From NCBI RefSeq assembly GCF_004010195.1, contig NC_057754.1:9175215-9239214 (forward strand): 64,000 bases of DNA, given 5' to 3'. This stretch comes from Chiloscyllium plagiosum. Taxonomy: Eukaryota. Below are positions 49,044 to 60,529 of this stretch, one piece after another. Under the pieces are notes generated by a model, which ran no database searches, was not told the DNA's origin, and saw nothing but the letters and a program-made list of their open reading frames with translations. The position numbers were made by a program, and so were the translations under genes. Position 1 is the first letter of the stretch; every line of letters begins with the position of its first letter.

Positions 49044-49994
49044 ATGGAAGGAAGTAGTGCCATTAACATTGGGGAGAAACCGTACATTTGTGCTGTATGC
49101 GGACGAGGCTTCAGCCAATCATCTGGTTTGTCAAGACACAAATGCAGTCACAATGGGGAGAAACCATGGAAATGTGTGGACTGTGGAATGGGATTCAACT
49201 ACCAGTCAAAGTTGGAAACTCATCGGCGCAGTCACACTGGGGAGAGGCCATTTGCCTGCCCTGAGTGTGGAAGGGGATTTACTCAATTGTCTACCCTACT
49301 GACACACCAGAGAGTACACACTGGGGAGCGACCGTTCACCTGCTCCATGTGTGGAAAGGGTTTCATTAATTCAACCAACCTGCTAACACATCAACGGGTT
49401 CATACTGGAGAGAGGCCATTCACCTGCTCCGAATGTGGGAAAGGATTCACTCGGTCATCCGACCTGCTGACACACCAAAGAACCCACACTGGTGAGAGAC
49501 CATTCACCTGCCTTGAGTGTGGGAAAGGATTCACTTTGTCATCAGATTTGCTGACACACCAGCGATCTCACACTGGGGAGAGGCCGTTCGCATGTCCTGA
49601 GTGTGGGAAGGGATTTGCTCGGTCATCCCATCTGCTGAGACATCAACAAGTTCACACTGACAAGAGACCTTTCAAATGCCCAGTTTGCGGGAAGTGCTAT
49701 AAAAGCTCTGGAGACCTGGTGTCCCATCAACATGTTCACTCTGACGAGAGACCGTTCAGGTGCTCTCACTGTGGGTTTGGATTCTTGAGGTCATCTGACC
49801 TCCTTGCACATCAGCGAATTCACACTGGGGAGAGGCCATTCACCTGTTCAGAATGTGGGAAGACATTTACTCAATCATCTAACATGATGAGACACCAGCG
49901 AGCGCACAATGGGGAAAGAGCCATTCACCTGTTTCGAGTGTGGGAAAGGCTTCATTCAAATGTCCAACCTACTGACACAGCAGTGACTCCATAG
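49044..49994 (+). CDS. Tandem C2H2 zinc-finger protein, 10 fingers, frameshifted out of an 11th finger
   Basis: ATG at 49044 ([14 protein letters not shown]...), 10 intact fingers, PWKC finger in second position. AATAAA at 50321. Confidence 0.9.
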   Translation: MEGSSAINIGEKPYICAVCGRGFSQSSGLSRHKCSHNGEKPWKCVDCGMGFNYQSKLETHRRSHTGERPFACPECGRGFTQLSTLLTHQRVHTGERPFTCSMCGKGFINSTNLLTHQRVHTGERPFTCSECGKGFTRSSDLLTHQRTHTGERPFTCLECGKGFTLSSDLLTHQRSHTGERPFACPECGKGFARSSHLLRHQQVHTDKRPFKCPVCGKCYKSSGDLVSHQHVHSDERPFRCSHCGFGFLRSSDLLAHQRIHTGERPFTCSECGKTFTQSSNMMRHQRAHNGERAIHLFRVWERLHSNVQPTDTAVTP

Positions 49995-50691
49995 TTGGGG
50001 AGGACCTTCTAGATACGTAGTCTGTCAGAATTGCTGTGAAATCTTCAGAAGTGGGATCTGATCAGCACGTCCACACTGACCCAGAGACTCTGCACATATC
50101 CTCCATGCAGGGCTGAATTCAGGAAATCATCTCAACTCAGCGTGCACCATTAACTTCACAGTGAAGGAGGCCGTTTTCCTGCTCCAGGTGATGATAGGAA
50201 CTTGTTTATTTACTCCCACTACAGTTATTGGATTTTTCTGTTAAGTATACCCTGAACATGACCATTTTTACTGGGAATATGTCTGCTGGTTATACTGGGT
50301 AATATTCTTTATAAGAATCAAATAAATCAGCTTCATATTAAATACAGGGTGTCAAGTCTTTCTTATCTCTGTGATATGTGTCAGTTCCTTTCAAAGGACT
50401 ATCTCTTCCATCCTCTCCTCCAGTGACAAGGACGATGAGCTCATGGAGTTTCTTTAACACGAAGATTCAGACAATCTGATCCGATTCCTTCAGGGATCTA
50501 CCTCGGTCTCCTGCTGACGTGCCTGGCATCATAGACACTGGTCTTAAATCAATTCGGTTCACTCCATGTGATGTCAAGAAGAGGTTGAAAGCACAAGCTG
50601 ATCTCGTCCAACACAGAAACTATTTCCATGTCTGACAGACTTCAGTGTGAATCATATCATTGTTACAGCATTGAAGGAGGCCATTTGGTCT

Positions 50692-51406
50692 TATTACAAC
50701 ACAGAGTAAAGCCCCCCTGCCAATTTAAACCAGGAGCACAGAAAAGATCTACCCCATGCGATAGGTAATCTGTGAAAATTCAAGAGGCAAAGAACTATCC
50801 CAAAGTCACTATTTAAAATAACAACTAACAACTTTATTTTTTAAAGTCTAACAAAATAATTAACTGACAACTATTTACAACTCCTTTCTCTATCCTATCT
50901 TTTACTTTCCCTTCTACAATACTGGTCTGATAAAAATTCCGATTAAAATTTACAAAAAAAAATCAATTGTCAAAACCAGCCAACAGTCTCTTTGTATCTT
51001 CCTCAGTAGATTTGCTGTCCAGGTCAGTGTCGATGTTTTTTCTCTGTACAAACCCCTTCTCCAGACAGGTACCTCTCAGAGTTCTTACTAGCAGTCTCCA
51101 TCTATTGGCAGTTCTCCTCTAACTGTACAATTTGTTTAATATTAATACCCCAAAGCATTGGATCATTTCATTGGTTTTAATGTTGTCAAAATACCAAATT
51201 CAAACTTGATTGGAGTTTAGTATCTTGGGAGCTTAATTTAAACTGATTGGCTGAATTTGAATTTGTTTTTGTCTCATAACAACCCAGGTACTGCTAGATG
51301 CTGGACCAAATGTTACATTGTAAATTTTCCAGTACTCTGTGTCTCTCTAAGTCCTTTGCTAGCTTTCAACTCTTAAAGATACAGTACCCCTTATACCTTC
51401 ATGACA
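50692..51406. mobile_element. Solo LTR (family X)
   Basis: Ends catgaca, TSD gtct/gtcc. Reverse-complement homolog of 24935-25601. Confidence 0.85.
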
Positions 51407-51669
51407 GTCCATTGTGTCTGCACTGGTTCTGTCAACTCGTGCCAATCTCCTGCCTTTTCCCCATATCCCTACATACCATTTAGATCTAAATAATCATCCA
51501 ATGTCTTCTTGAATTCTTCAATTGATTCTGTATCCACCACATTTCCAGGCAATGCATCCCATTACCTGTGGGGAGAAAGGTTTTTCTTCGCACCACCTTT
51601 GCTTTGTTTGCATATTACTTTAAATCTATGCCCCTCATTTTTTTCTTTTGCAAGCAGGAAACTTGTTTG

Positions 51670-51985
51670 GGATGGCATGGTGGCTCAGTGGTTAGCACTG
51701 CTGCCTCACAGCACCAGGGACGGGAGTTTGATTCCCACCTTAGGCAACTGTGTGAAGTTTGCACATTCTCCCCGTGTCTGCTTGGGTTTCCTCCGGGTGC
51801 TCCCGTTTCCTCCCACAATCCAAAGGTGTACAGGTCAGGTGAATTGGCCATGCTAAATTGCCAAGTCAGGCGTAAATATAGGGTAGGGGAATGGGTCTGG
51901 GTGGGTTATTCTTCGGAGGTTGATGTGGACTTGTTGGACTGAAGAGCCTGTTTCCAAACTGTAGGGAATCTAATCTAAAATCCAA
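51670..51985 (+). mobile_element. HE1 SINE
   Basis: ggcatggtggctcagtggttagcactgctgcctcacagc head, V-domain and aatctaatct tail. Confidence 0.9.
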
Positions 51986-52339
51986 TCTAACCGCTTTTCC
52001 TTATCCAGCCCACTCATTTTGGAAACCTTTATTAAATTTTCTTTCAGGCATCTCTCCAAGAAGAACAGCCCTGATTTCTTTGATCTAATCGCAGAACTGA
52101 AATTTTGATTATTTGAGTTTACAAATTCATTCTCTCAATGTATCCAATGTCTTAACCACTTGACCGCAACAAATCCATATATCTGTCTATTTAAATGTTG
52201 CTAAAGAAGAGGGATATGGACCAAATGCAGGCAAATGGGACGAGTTAAGTTTGGGATACTTGCTCAGCATAGACGACTTGGACTGACAGGTCTGTTTCCA
52301 TTTTGTAAGATTCTGACAGTAAAAGTCATCTTAAGCTTT

Positions 52340-53480
52340 GTAAAATGGGAGTACTTAATAACTGATCACTTCCCACAAAAAAAATACAAGTCAAAATTTC
52401 ATGTTATATCTTTTATACTTGTTACTTGCCTTTCCTTTCATCCTCCCACTTCTGAATTTTTGAGTAGGATGGAAACAATATTTTGTTTTATGGATCAGCT
52501 GTATTTATCAGCTATTACTGCTGTCTGTCCAGTAGTTGCAACCCTTTTGTCCTCAACATGGGTATTATTATGGAAGGTAGTGAGTTTTTACATTTCTTTA
52601 AGAGGACTTCATAAATGGCTTCAACTTCTATTGCACGTACCCACTTGACAAATTACTTTGCTTAACTCTTTCAATTCGAATGTAGGTTTGCCTAAATTAT
52701 TTCCTTAAATTTCAAGCTATTTTACCATATGCCTCATTAACTCATTTACAATCAAAAGTTTTTTTTTAAACAGTCATAATCCCTAGAAATTTCTGACAAT
52801 GAAGCATAAATTTCCTGTGCTTTGTCAGCTTACTCTGCATCGATAAAGTCCAGTTTCCTTTGGCCAATCCATTTGTCCCACTGTTTTCACGAAGGACGCG
52901 GAGAACGTCTCCACATGCTTTTCCTTAAATTTTGATAGAACCTGTACAAATTTAAAAAAATTAATTACTGGACTTTATGACTCAGATTTTCTGCACTAGG
53001 GCCCACATCAGCATCTGATGTCTCTTCTTTTAAACTGCAGCATTTTAAAACCTCTACTTGGGTTCTTTGTCTTTCTCTCCCCTTTCCAATTCTAATCTGA
53101 ATTTTCTCACTTCCACTTTCTACCTTTTTAATTCCATTTCCTTTCCTACTTCTGTCTCCAGCTTTTCTTCATGCTCACACTGCTTTCATGTGATTCTGAT
53201 GTTTTGCCAGGAGGAGTATCTTTTCTTGTCTTTCTGCTGAATTCAAATGCTGTGCTAATGCTTTAATTGTATCTGTTTTCCTAGCTTTAGCAGGCAAATG
53301 CACACCCCACCTTACTTGCCAATTTAATTAATTGGATCTTTGGAAGTTCACTTCGTACAGTCAGGGGCAACTCTTCTAAATGCAGTCAATTCATTGCAAT
53401 TCCTAGTCCACTTCTTATTTGCAATTTTGATGTTTTCTTAACTGTTATCACTAATTAATACCCCAAGAAATCCTCATTAT
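52340..53480 (-). mobile_element. Decayed Gmr1-like Ty3/Gypsy gag (SCAN-related capsid)
   Basis: Broken frames KFKEKHVETFSASFVKTVGQMDWPKE/NWTLSMQSKLT/KAQEIYAS...THVEDKRVATTGQTAVIADKY, with an upstream E/K-rich coiled region. Confidence 0.75.
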
Positions 53481-53600
53481 TTCTGTTTCAAAATAATCCT
53501 GAACTGCCATATATTGTGATCCACTTGGGAAAGTGCACAGATTCTCAAGCCTCACTCCCTTATGGTTGCAACAAAAGTCAATGATTCAATCGAAGTACAC

Positions 53601-54196
53601 TGTTATAGACCAGACCAAAACCCCTTCAAATATATCAAGATGATAATCTAGAACCTAACTTTTATTTAAAGGCAAGTATAAGGTGCTGTGTTCCAGATGT
53701 AATTCGATTGGTTACACCACTTGGCTTTAAGCAAAACACAGTTAAATACAAGCAAAAGAAAGAATTGTTATAATTTTAAGTCTATTAGAAAACTTAACAG
53801 AACAATTGATTATTTAGCTACTGAACAGCAATTGTTCCAATATAGTCACATTCTATTCTTGACAAAGGCAAATTTAGCAAAATAGTTTGTCTGAAATATG
53901 ATGTTTCTCCTGTCCAGGAGTAAAGCACCAAGAGAAAGTTCTGGCAGAGGGAGATGTATGGCTGCTTCCGCAACCAACTTGAAAACCCCAACAACTACTG
54001 AAAGCTAAACTAAAACCCTGGTTCTGTGGGAGCCTGACTCCACCCATTCAGGCTGCTTCCATTGTTCCAACTCAAAAAACCTAAGGCCTCACAAGTTGTT
54101 TATTGGTTTGGAGGAGACAGCTTGTTACCTATGGGTCAAAACCTCTCTTCAAAAACAAGGATAAAATACATCGCTTAAAGCCATAGTATTGTCACA
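53601..54196. mobile_element. Solo LTR (family Y)
   Basis: tgttatagacc...attgtcaca with perfect TSD acac. Homolog at 59497-60529. Confidence 0.88.
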
Positions 54197-54210
54197 ACAC
54201 AAAGTCCCAA

Positions 54211-54995
54211 TATACCGTCTGATGGAACAATTTAATAGAAAACATTGACCAGGTTCCTGCACTGAACAAGAACTTCTGTTTATTGTAAATAATTACATTC
54301 TAACAGAAATACTCAGCCATGAACTATCTATACCTGGCTGTACATGTTAAAACCTCCTTTAAAATCCCTCCACACCATACAGGCAGGGACAGACAAACCA
54401 TGGATGTTGTGGATGCAGGAGAAAAGTACTAGGGAATCATAGTTCAAAAGCACACATCTACAGGCTGAGATGAGGTATTCCTTTTTCTTTCCCAAATCCT
54501 TGTCTTCCAAAGTCCATCCTTTCAGATCCTTGGTTCTTTGCTGAAGACATAGGAGATTTAAACTTTAATTGTTCATTTTCACAATTATTGGTTGAAGGTA
54601 ATAAAATACAGCAAATGGTGGGAGAAAGTAACTGTCTGTCTCCAGGCGTGACTGAGTTGGCTTAAGCTGTCTGGAAATTTTCAGCTACTATATACTTCAG
54701 TTCTCCAGGTACCAGAGATTGTTGCTAGGCTAATGACCTTTGGAATCCACAACTAGTCACAAAGGAACAAATGAATCAGTTACATGTTACTGGCTGAATC
54801 TCACTTTGCACACATACTTCAGTGCCATTCTGTCTTACCTCTCCTCCTAAATTCCTCCAAAGCAACCGTGTAAACACAGCTCACAATGAGTTGCACCAGT
54901 CCTTGGTTCCAAAACAGTCCTGTTCTCATTCCAATCCACAACCAACATTACAGAAAATAAAAGGATGCAGTCTTTACAGAACCTCAACTGTTTAC
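54211..54995 (-). mobile_element. Possible 5' LTR of the Gypsy gag element
   Basis: Lies upstream of the gag on minus and ends ...ttaca. Adjacent ttgggac on minus weakly resembles a tRNA-Pro PBS start (tggggg). Confidence 0.4.
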
Positions 54996-55029
54996 AATAT
55001 ATGTAAATGTTCAGATATAAAAGACCAAA

Positions 55030-56629
55030 AGGAAATTTTACCAAATTTGCTCATGAAGCAGTGATAGGTAGAAAAACATCTAAGCCGTGAAGAGGACATA
55101 AGGAGGATACAAAAGGATATAAATAGGTTGAGTGTGTGAGAAAGACCTGTTAAATTGAGTATAATGTTGGAAAAGGTGAAATTGTCCATTTTGGAAGGAA
55201 TAATTTCAAAAAAACATGATCTACATAGTGAAAGATTACAGAGTTGAGATGCAGTGGGGAATGTGTGTCCTTGTTCATCAATCTGAGGAGGTTAGTACTC
55301 TAAGTAATTAGGAAAACTAACAGAATATTATCATTTATTGTGAAGGTAATTGAATACAAAGTAGAGGGGTCACACTTCAGTCATACTGGGTACTGGTGAG
55401 AATTATATCAGATACATAAAAGATAAGAGAGAGGCTAAAGTGGACAATGGACCGCTGGAAAATGAGGCTGGAGAAGTCCATATCGCAGTAGAGGAGGTGT
55501 TGGGATGTATTAGAATGTATGAAGGTGGATAAATCTGGTCCTGATCAGATATAGTTAAAAATCACGTAACACCAGGTTATAGTCCAACAGTTTTATTTGA
55601 AAGTAGAAGCTTTTGGAGTGCTACCCCTTCATCAGTTGGGTAGGTACATCAGACACAGAATTTATAAGCAAAAGATCAAGGTGTCATACAACTGAGGTGA
55701 TGTATTAGACAAACCTAGATGGCTGTTAAGTCTTTAATCACTCAGAATGAGCATACAGGTTTTGATTAATTAATATGTAAATCCCAGAATTTCTTTCAAG
55801 TCACAGCCCCAAGGTAACTTAAGGTTTTATCAGTGGATTAAAAAAAGGTGACATTTCAGCTCAGACAATGCATTAAAGGTGTGAGGTTAGAGTCTGTATC
55901 CCAACCTGGAGTTGGATTGGTTTTATTTCCAAAGTAGAAATTTATAAAATGTCACATTGATTGACTGCCTACAGATTGTGTTTTTTGAACAAAATAGAAT
56001 GTATCTGCAAATGCAAATTCACCCCATAGACTTATATGTGTGTGTGAGTGAGAAAGAGAGAGAGTGTATGGGAGAGAGTGAGACAGTGTGGGTGTGTGTG
56101 TATGTCAGTGTGGTGGAGTATATGCCTGTAAGAGGGTCTGCGCAAGTGTGTGAGAGACAACATGTATAAGTGAGAGTGTATAATGTAGCGTCTGCATGAA
56201 TTGGCCAACATTGTCCATCTCATACGCTGAAGGGAAGGATGCCCCAGGGCATGGTATATTGGCGAAACCATGACAATGTATGAATGGATGACGCGCAACA
56301 ATCGCCAGACAGGGATGTCCCCTCCCAGTTGGGGGATACTACAGCAGTCAAGGATATTTAGCCTCAGATATTCGGGTGAAGGTCCTCCAAGGCGAACTTT
56401 GGGATAAGCAACAATGCAGAGTCGCCGAGCAGAGGCTGGTAGTGATGTTCGGCACCATGAGGATGGCCTCAATTGGGATCTTACTACAGGTGACCCCACT
56501 ACACGATACATTCTCACACACACAATCATACACAAGCACACACACGCATACAGACTCTCTCACACACACATTCACTCAAGTGCTCACAGTCATATACTCT
56601 ATCACACTCAAGCATGCACACACACTCTT

Positions 56630-56667
<38 letters not shown>

Positions 56668-59496
56668 AGCGCATGCAGACATACACTTAATTCTATGGGG
56701 TGAATTTGTAGATTGCAGATTTGTAGAATTTGCAGATACATTCTATTTTGTTCAAAAAGTGCACAATCTGGAGGCAGTCAATGAATGTGATATTTTATAA
56801 CTTCCTACTTTGGAAATACAACCAGTCTGACTCCAGATTGGGATACAGACAGACTCTAACCTCACACTTTTAATGCATTGTCTGAGCTCACCTTTTTGTA
56901 ATCTAATGATAAAACATTAAATTATCTGGGGCTGTGACTTGAAAGAAATTCTGGAATTTACATATTAATCAATCAAACCTGCATTCCCATTCTAAGTGAT
57001 TAAAGATTTAACAGCCCATCTGGGTCTGTTTAATACATCACATCAATTGTATGACACTTTGATCTTTTACTGTGTCCTATGTACCTGCCCCACTAGCTAC
57101 CTGACAAAGGAGCAGTGTTCCAAAAGCTTGTACTTGCAAACAAACCTGTTGGACTATAACCTCCTGTGTGAATTTTAACTTTGTCCAACACCGGCACTTC
57201 CACATCCTGACCAGATACATCCAAGAACACTGCAAGAGGCGACAGAAGAAATTGCAGGGGCCCTGGCTGATATTTTTGCATCATCGTCAGCCATGGGTGA
57301 AGTCTCAGAAGACTGGAGGGTAGCAAATGTTGTGCCCTTATTGAATAATGGCTGCAAAGAAAAACCTGGAAACTAAAGACCAGTAAACCTAACATCTGTG
57401 GTAGGTAAGTTAATTGAGAAAATTCTGAGATAAGATATACATGCATTTGGAAAGACAAAGTGTGATCAGGAGTGGCCTTCTGCTTGGAAGATGATCCCTC
57501 ACAAATTTATTAGAGCTCTTTGATGAAGTGACCAGGAGGACTGATGAGGGCAGGCATTAGACGTAGTCTGTATGGATTTCATTTCAAAGGCCTTTCATAA
57601 GGTTCCACATGGTAGGCTGCTCTGGAAGGTTAGGTCACATGGAATGCAGGGGGAACTGTCTTATTGGATACAAAATTGGTTTGGTTACAGTGAGGAAAGT
57701 TGCATCAGAAATTGCATAAGGATCTTGATCAGTTGGGGAAGTTGGCTGAGAATTGGCAAATGTAATTTACTAGAGATAAGTATGAGGTCTTGCATCTTGG
57801 AGAGTCAAATCAAGATAGGAGTTTCGTGGTGAATGGTAGGGCCTTAAGGAGCGTACGGAACAGAGGGACCTTGGAGTTCAGGGGCATGGTTCTCTGAAAG
57901 TGGAGTCACAGGTAGACAGGGCAGTAAAGGCGGCTTTTGGCACACTGGCCTTCATCAGTCAGGGCATTGGGTATGGAAGGTATGTTGCAGTTGTAAAGAA
58001 CATTGGTGAGACCACACTTGGAGTATTGTGTTCAGTTTTGGTCACCTTGCTATAGGAAAGATGTTATTAAATTGGAAAGAGTGCACAATAAATTTACAAG
58101 GCTGTTGCTGGAACTCAAGGATCTGAGTTATAGGGAGACATTGGACAAGCTAGGACTTTTATCATTAGAGTGTGGGAGATCAAGGGGGATCTTACAGAGG
58201 TATATAAGATAATCTGAGGCATGGATAGGGTGAATGCACTCAGTCTTTTTTCCCCAGGGTTGGGGAATTGAGGACGAGAGAGCATCAGTCTAAAGTAACA
58301 GGGGAATGAATAAAAGGGAACCAAAGGGGCAACTTTTGTTTACACACAAGGTGGTATGTATATGGAATGATATGCCAGAGGAATTGGTTGGGTTGGGTAC
58401 ATCAACAACATTTAAAAGGTATTTGGACAAATATATAGATAGGAAAGGTTAAGGAGGATATGGGCGAAGTGCAGGGAAATGGGGTAGCGTGTATAGACAT
58501 TTTGGTCGGCTTGGACCAGTTTGGGCTGATGGGGCTGTCTCTGTACTATTGGGCTCTATAAGTAGTAATGGGAAACAAAGAAATGTTGGAGGAACTGAAT
58601 AGGTACTTTGCATTAGTCTTCATGGTGGAAGACAGCAGTAATATACCAGAGCTTCAGAAGAATCATGGGGCAGTGGCCATCATGAAAGAGAAGGTGCTGA
58701 GGAAACTGAAATGTTTGAATGTGGCTAAATCACCCAGATGAGATGGGCTCCACCCCAGTATTCTGAAGGAGAGGGCTGAGGAGATTGTGGAGGCATTGGT
58801 TGTGATCTTTAGGGAATGACTAGAGTAAGAGAGGCTGCAAAGATGGCTGCTAAATAAGATATGAGCCCATGGTGTTCAGGGCAAGGTAATGGGTAAGGAA
58901 TGGTTGACTTGCAGAAGGCAAAGAGGTTGGGAATGAAGGAGTCTTTTTCAGGATGGCAGCTGGTGACAAGTGGTGGATCACAGGGGTTGGTTTTGGGACC
59001 ACATCTATTCACGTAGTTGGCATTCACAATCTGGATGAAAGAACCTAGGTAATCATTACTATGTTTGCAGATGACACCAAGATAGGTGGAGGGGCAGGAG
59101 TGTTAAAGAAGTGGGAGTCTGCAGAAGGACTTGGACAGACAAGGAGAGAGGGAAAAGAAGCGACAGATGGAATATAATGTGGGCAAGTGTGAGGTTATGC
59201 ACTTTGGTAGGAAGAATGGAAGCATGGACTATTTTCTAAATGGAGAGAAACTTTGGAAATCTGAAGGACAAAGAGATTTAGGAGTCTGAGTTCAGGATTC
59301 TCTTACGAATAACATGCAGATTCAGTTGGCGGTCGGAAGGCAAATGCAACGTTAATGTTCATTTCAAAAGGATAGAATACAAGAGCAAAGATGTACTGCT
59401 GAGGCTGTATAAGGCTCTGGTCAGATTGCATTTCGAATATTGTGAGACATTTTGAGCTCCGTATCGAAGGAAGGATGTGCTGCCATTGGAGATGGT
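55030..59496 (+). mobile_element. Nested CR1/HER1 LINE ORF2 fragments
   Basis: GPDQI..RTLQEATEEIAGALADIF, DFISKAFHKVPHGRLL, LVRPHLEYCVQFWSP and FADDTK. Confidence 0.85.
55554..57204 (+). mobile_element. Penelope family B element: ~640-bp inverted arms around a GIY-YIG fragment
   Basis: 56201-56490 reads ANIVHLIR*REGCP.AWYIGETM...RVAEQRLV. Arms at about 55554-56195 and 56490-57180. TSD tcctgatcagatata/tcctgaccagataca. Confidence 0.9.
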
Positions 59497-60529
59497 TGTT
59501 ATGGACCAGGCCAGACCCCCTCAAAATATTTTCAGAAGGTAGCCTAGACCCTAACTTATTTTAAAGGCAGATGTGACGTGGATATTTAGGTGTGATGCAA
59601 CTGATCAAACCACTTGGCTTTAAACAAAACAGAATTTATTTAAACACTATAGTTGAAACACAAATAAAAGAAAACAGAATATAGAGTATGGGTAGTTCTT
59701 GAAAAACACGCAATTTGGCTATAACATTGCTGAAGAATTACGAAATGGTATTTTTGAGAATGCTTATCTCTGTTCGCAATAGTAGATTCCAGTAGGATTG
59801 GTTCGCACACTTTGTTCTGCACATGTGCCAATGTCTCTGCAACGGTCTTCGTGCCATTCTGCACATGTGCAATGTCAGCTGCCGACAGAGCATCTTTCTG
59901 TGAGAGGTACTGCACAGAGAAAAGCTTTCTTACATTTTTAAAATTTACTTTTGTTTTGTTAATAAATATGATTTCAACCTTCATTCAGGCTATGCTTTGC
60001 TTTGTATTAGCCAATTGGATGATTTTTGAACGATGTGAGTGATATTTCTTGCTGATCTACCTAACACCTAACCCCACTTTTCCCATGGGCTCCATTATTA
60101 AGCAATTTTCTATTAAGTAAGATTTTGCTGGAACACAGCCTTGGTGTTATAAGAGAACTAACTAACTTAACTATTGGAAAACTTAACTGACTTGATATAG
60201 CAACTATTACTAATTAACTGTTCCATTCCAGTAATATTCCATAAACACACCCCTTGGCAAAAAGGTAAATTCAAACACAGATTCTTACAGGCAGGAGGGA
60301 ACAAAATCCAAAGAGAGATTTCAGAAAAGGGTCAGAGGAGTTCTTTACTGAAGTTTGAAACTCCCCTGGACTCTCCTCTTCTGATGGCTACAGCTAAAAA
60401 CAAGTTAGAAAAATCCTGAACTGGGCAAACTGGCCACTCCTCTCCCATTATTGAACAAGACCCTTTGGCATCTCTGCCTTTACAACCTTTCTTCAAAAAT
60501 AACCTTTTTAAAGTGACAGCATTGTCACA
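59497..60529. mobile_element. Solo LTR (family Y-related) containing a MITE
   Basis: tgttatggacc...attgtcaca, TSD approximately ggt(t). Interrupts a CR1 fragment. Confidence 0.8.
59689..60162. mobile_element. Tigger-like MITE
   Basis: TA-flanked, TIR-like ggtagttctt / agaactaac. Inverted homolog of 39628-40171. Confidence 0.7.

Noticed and set aside
56032-56800. 100-170-aa ORFs rich in V/C/H/T
   Set aside because: Translations of dinucleotide microsatellites within the Penelope arms.
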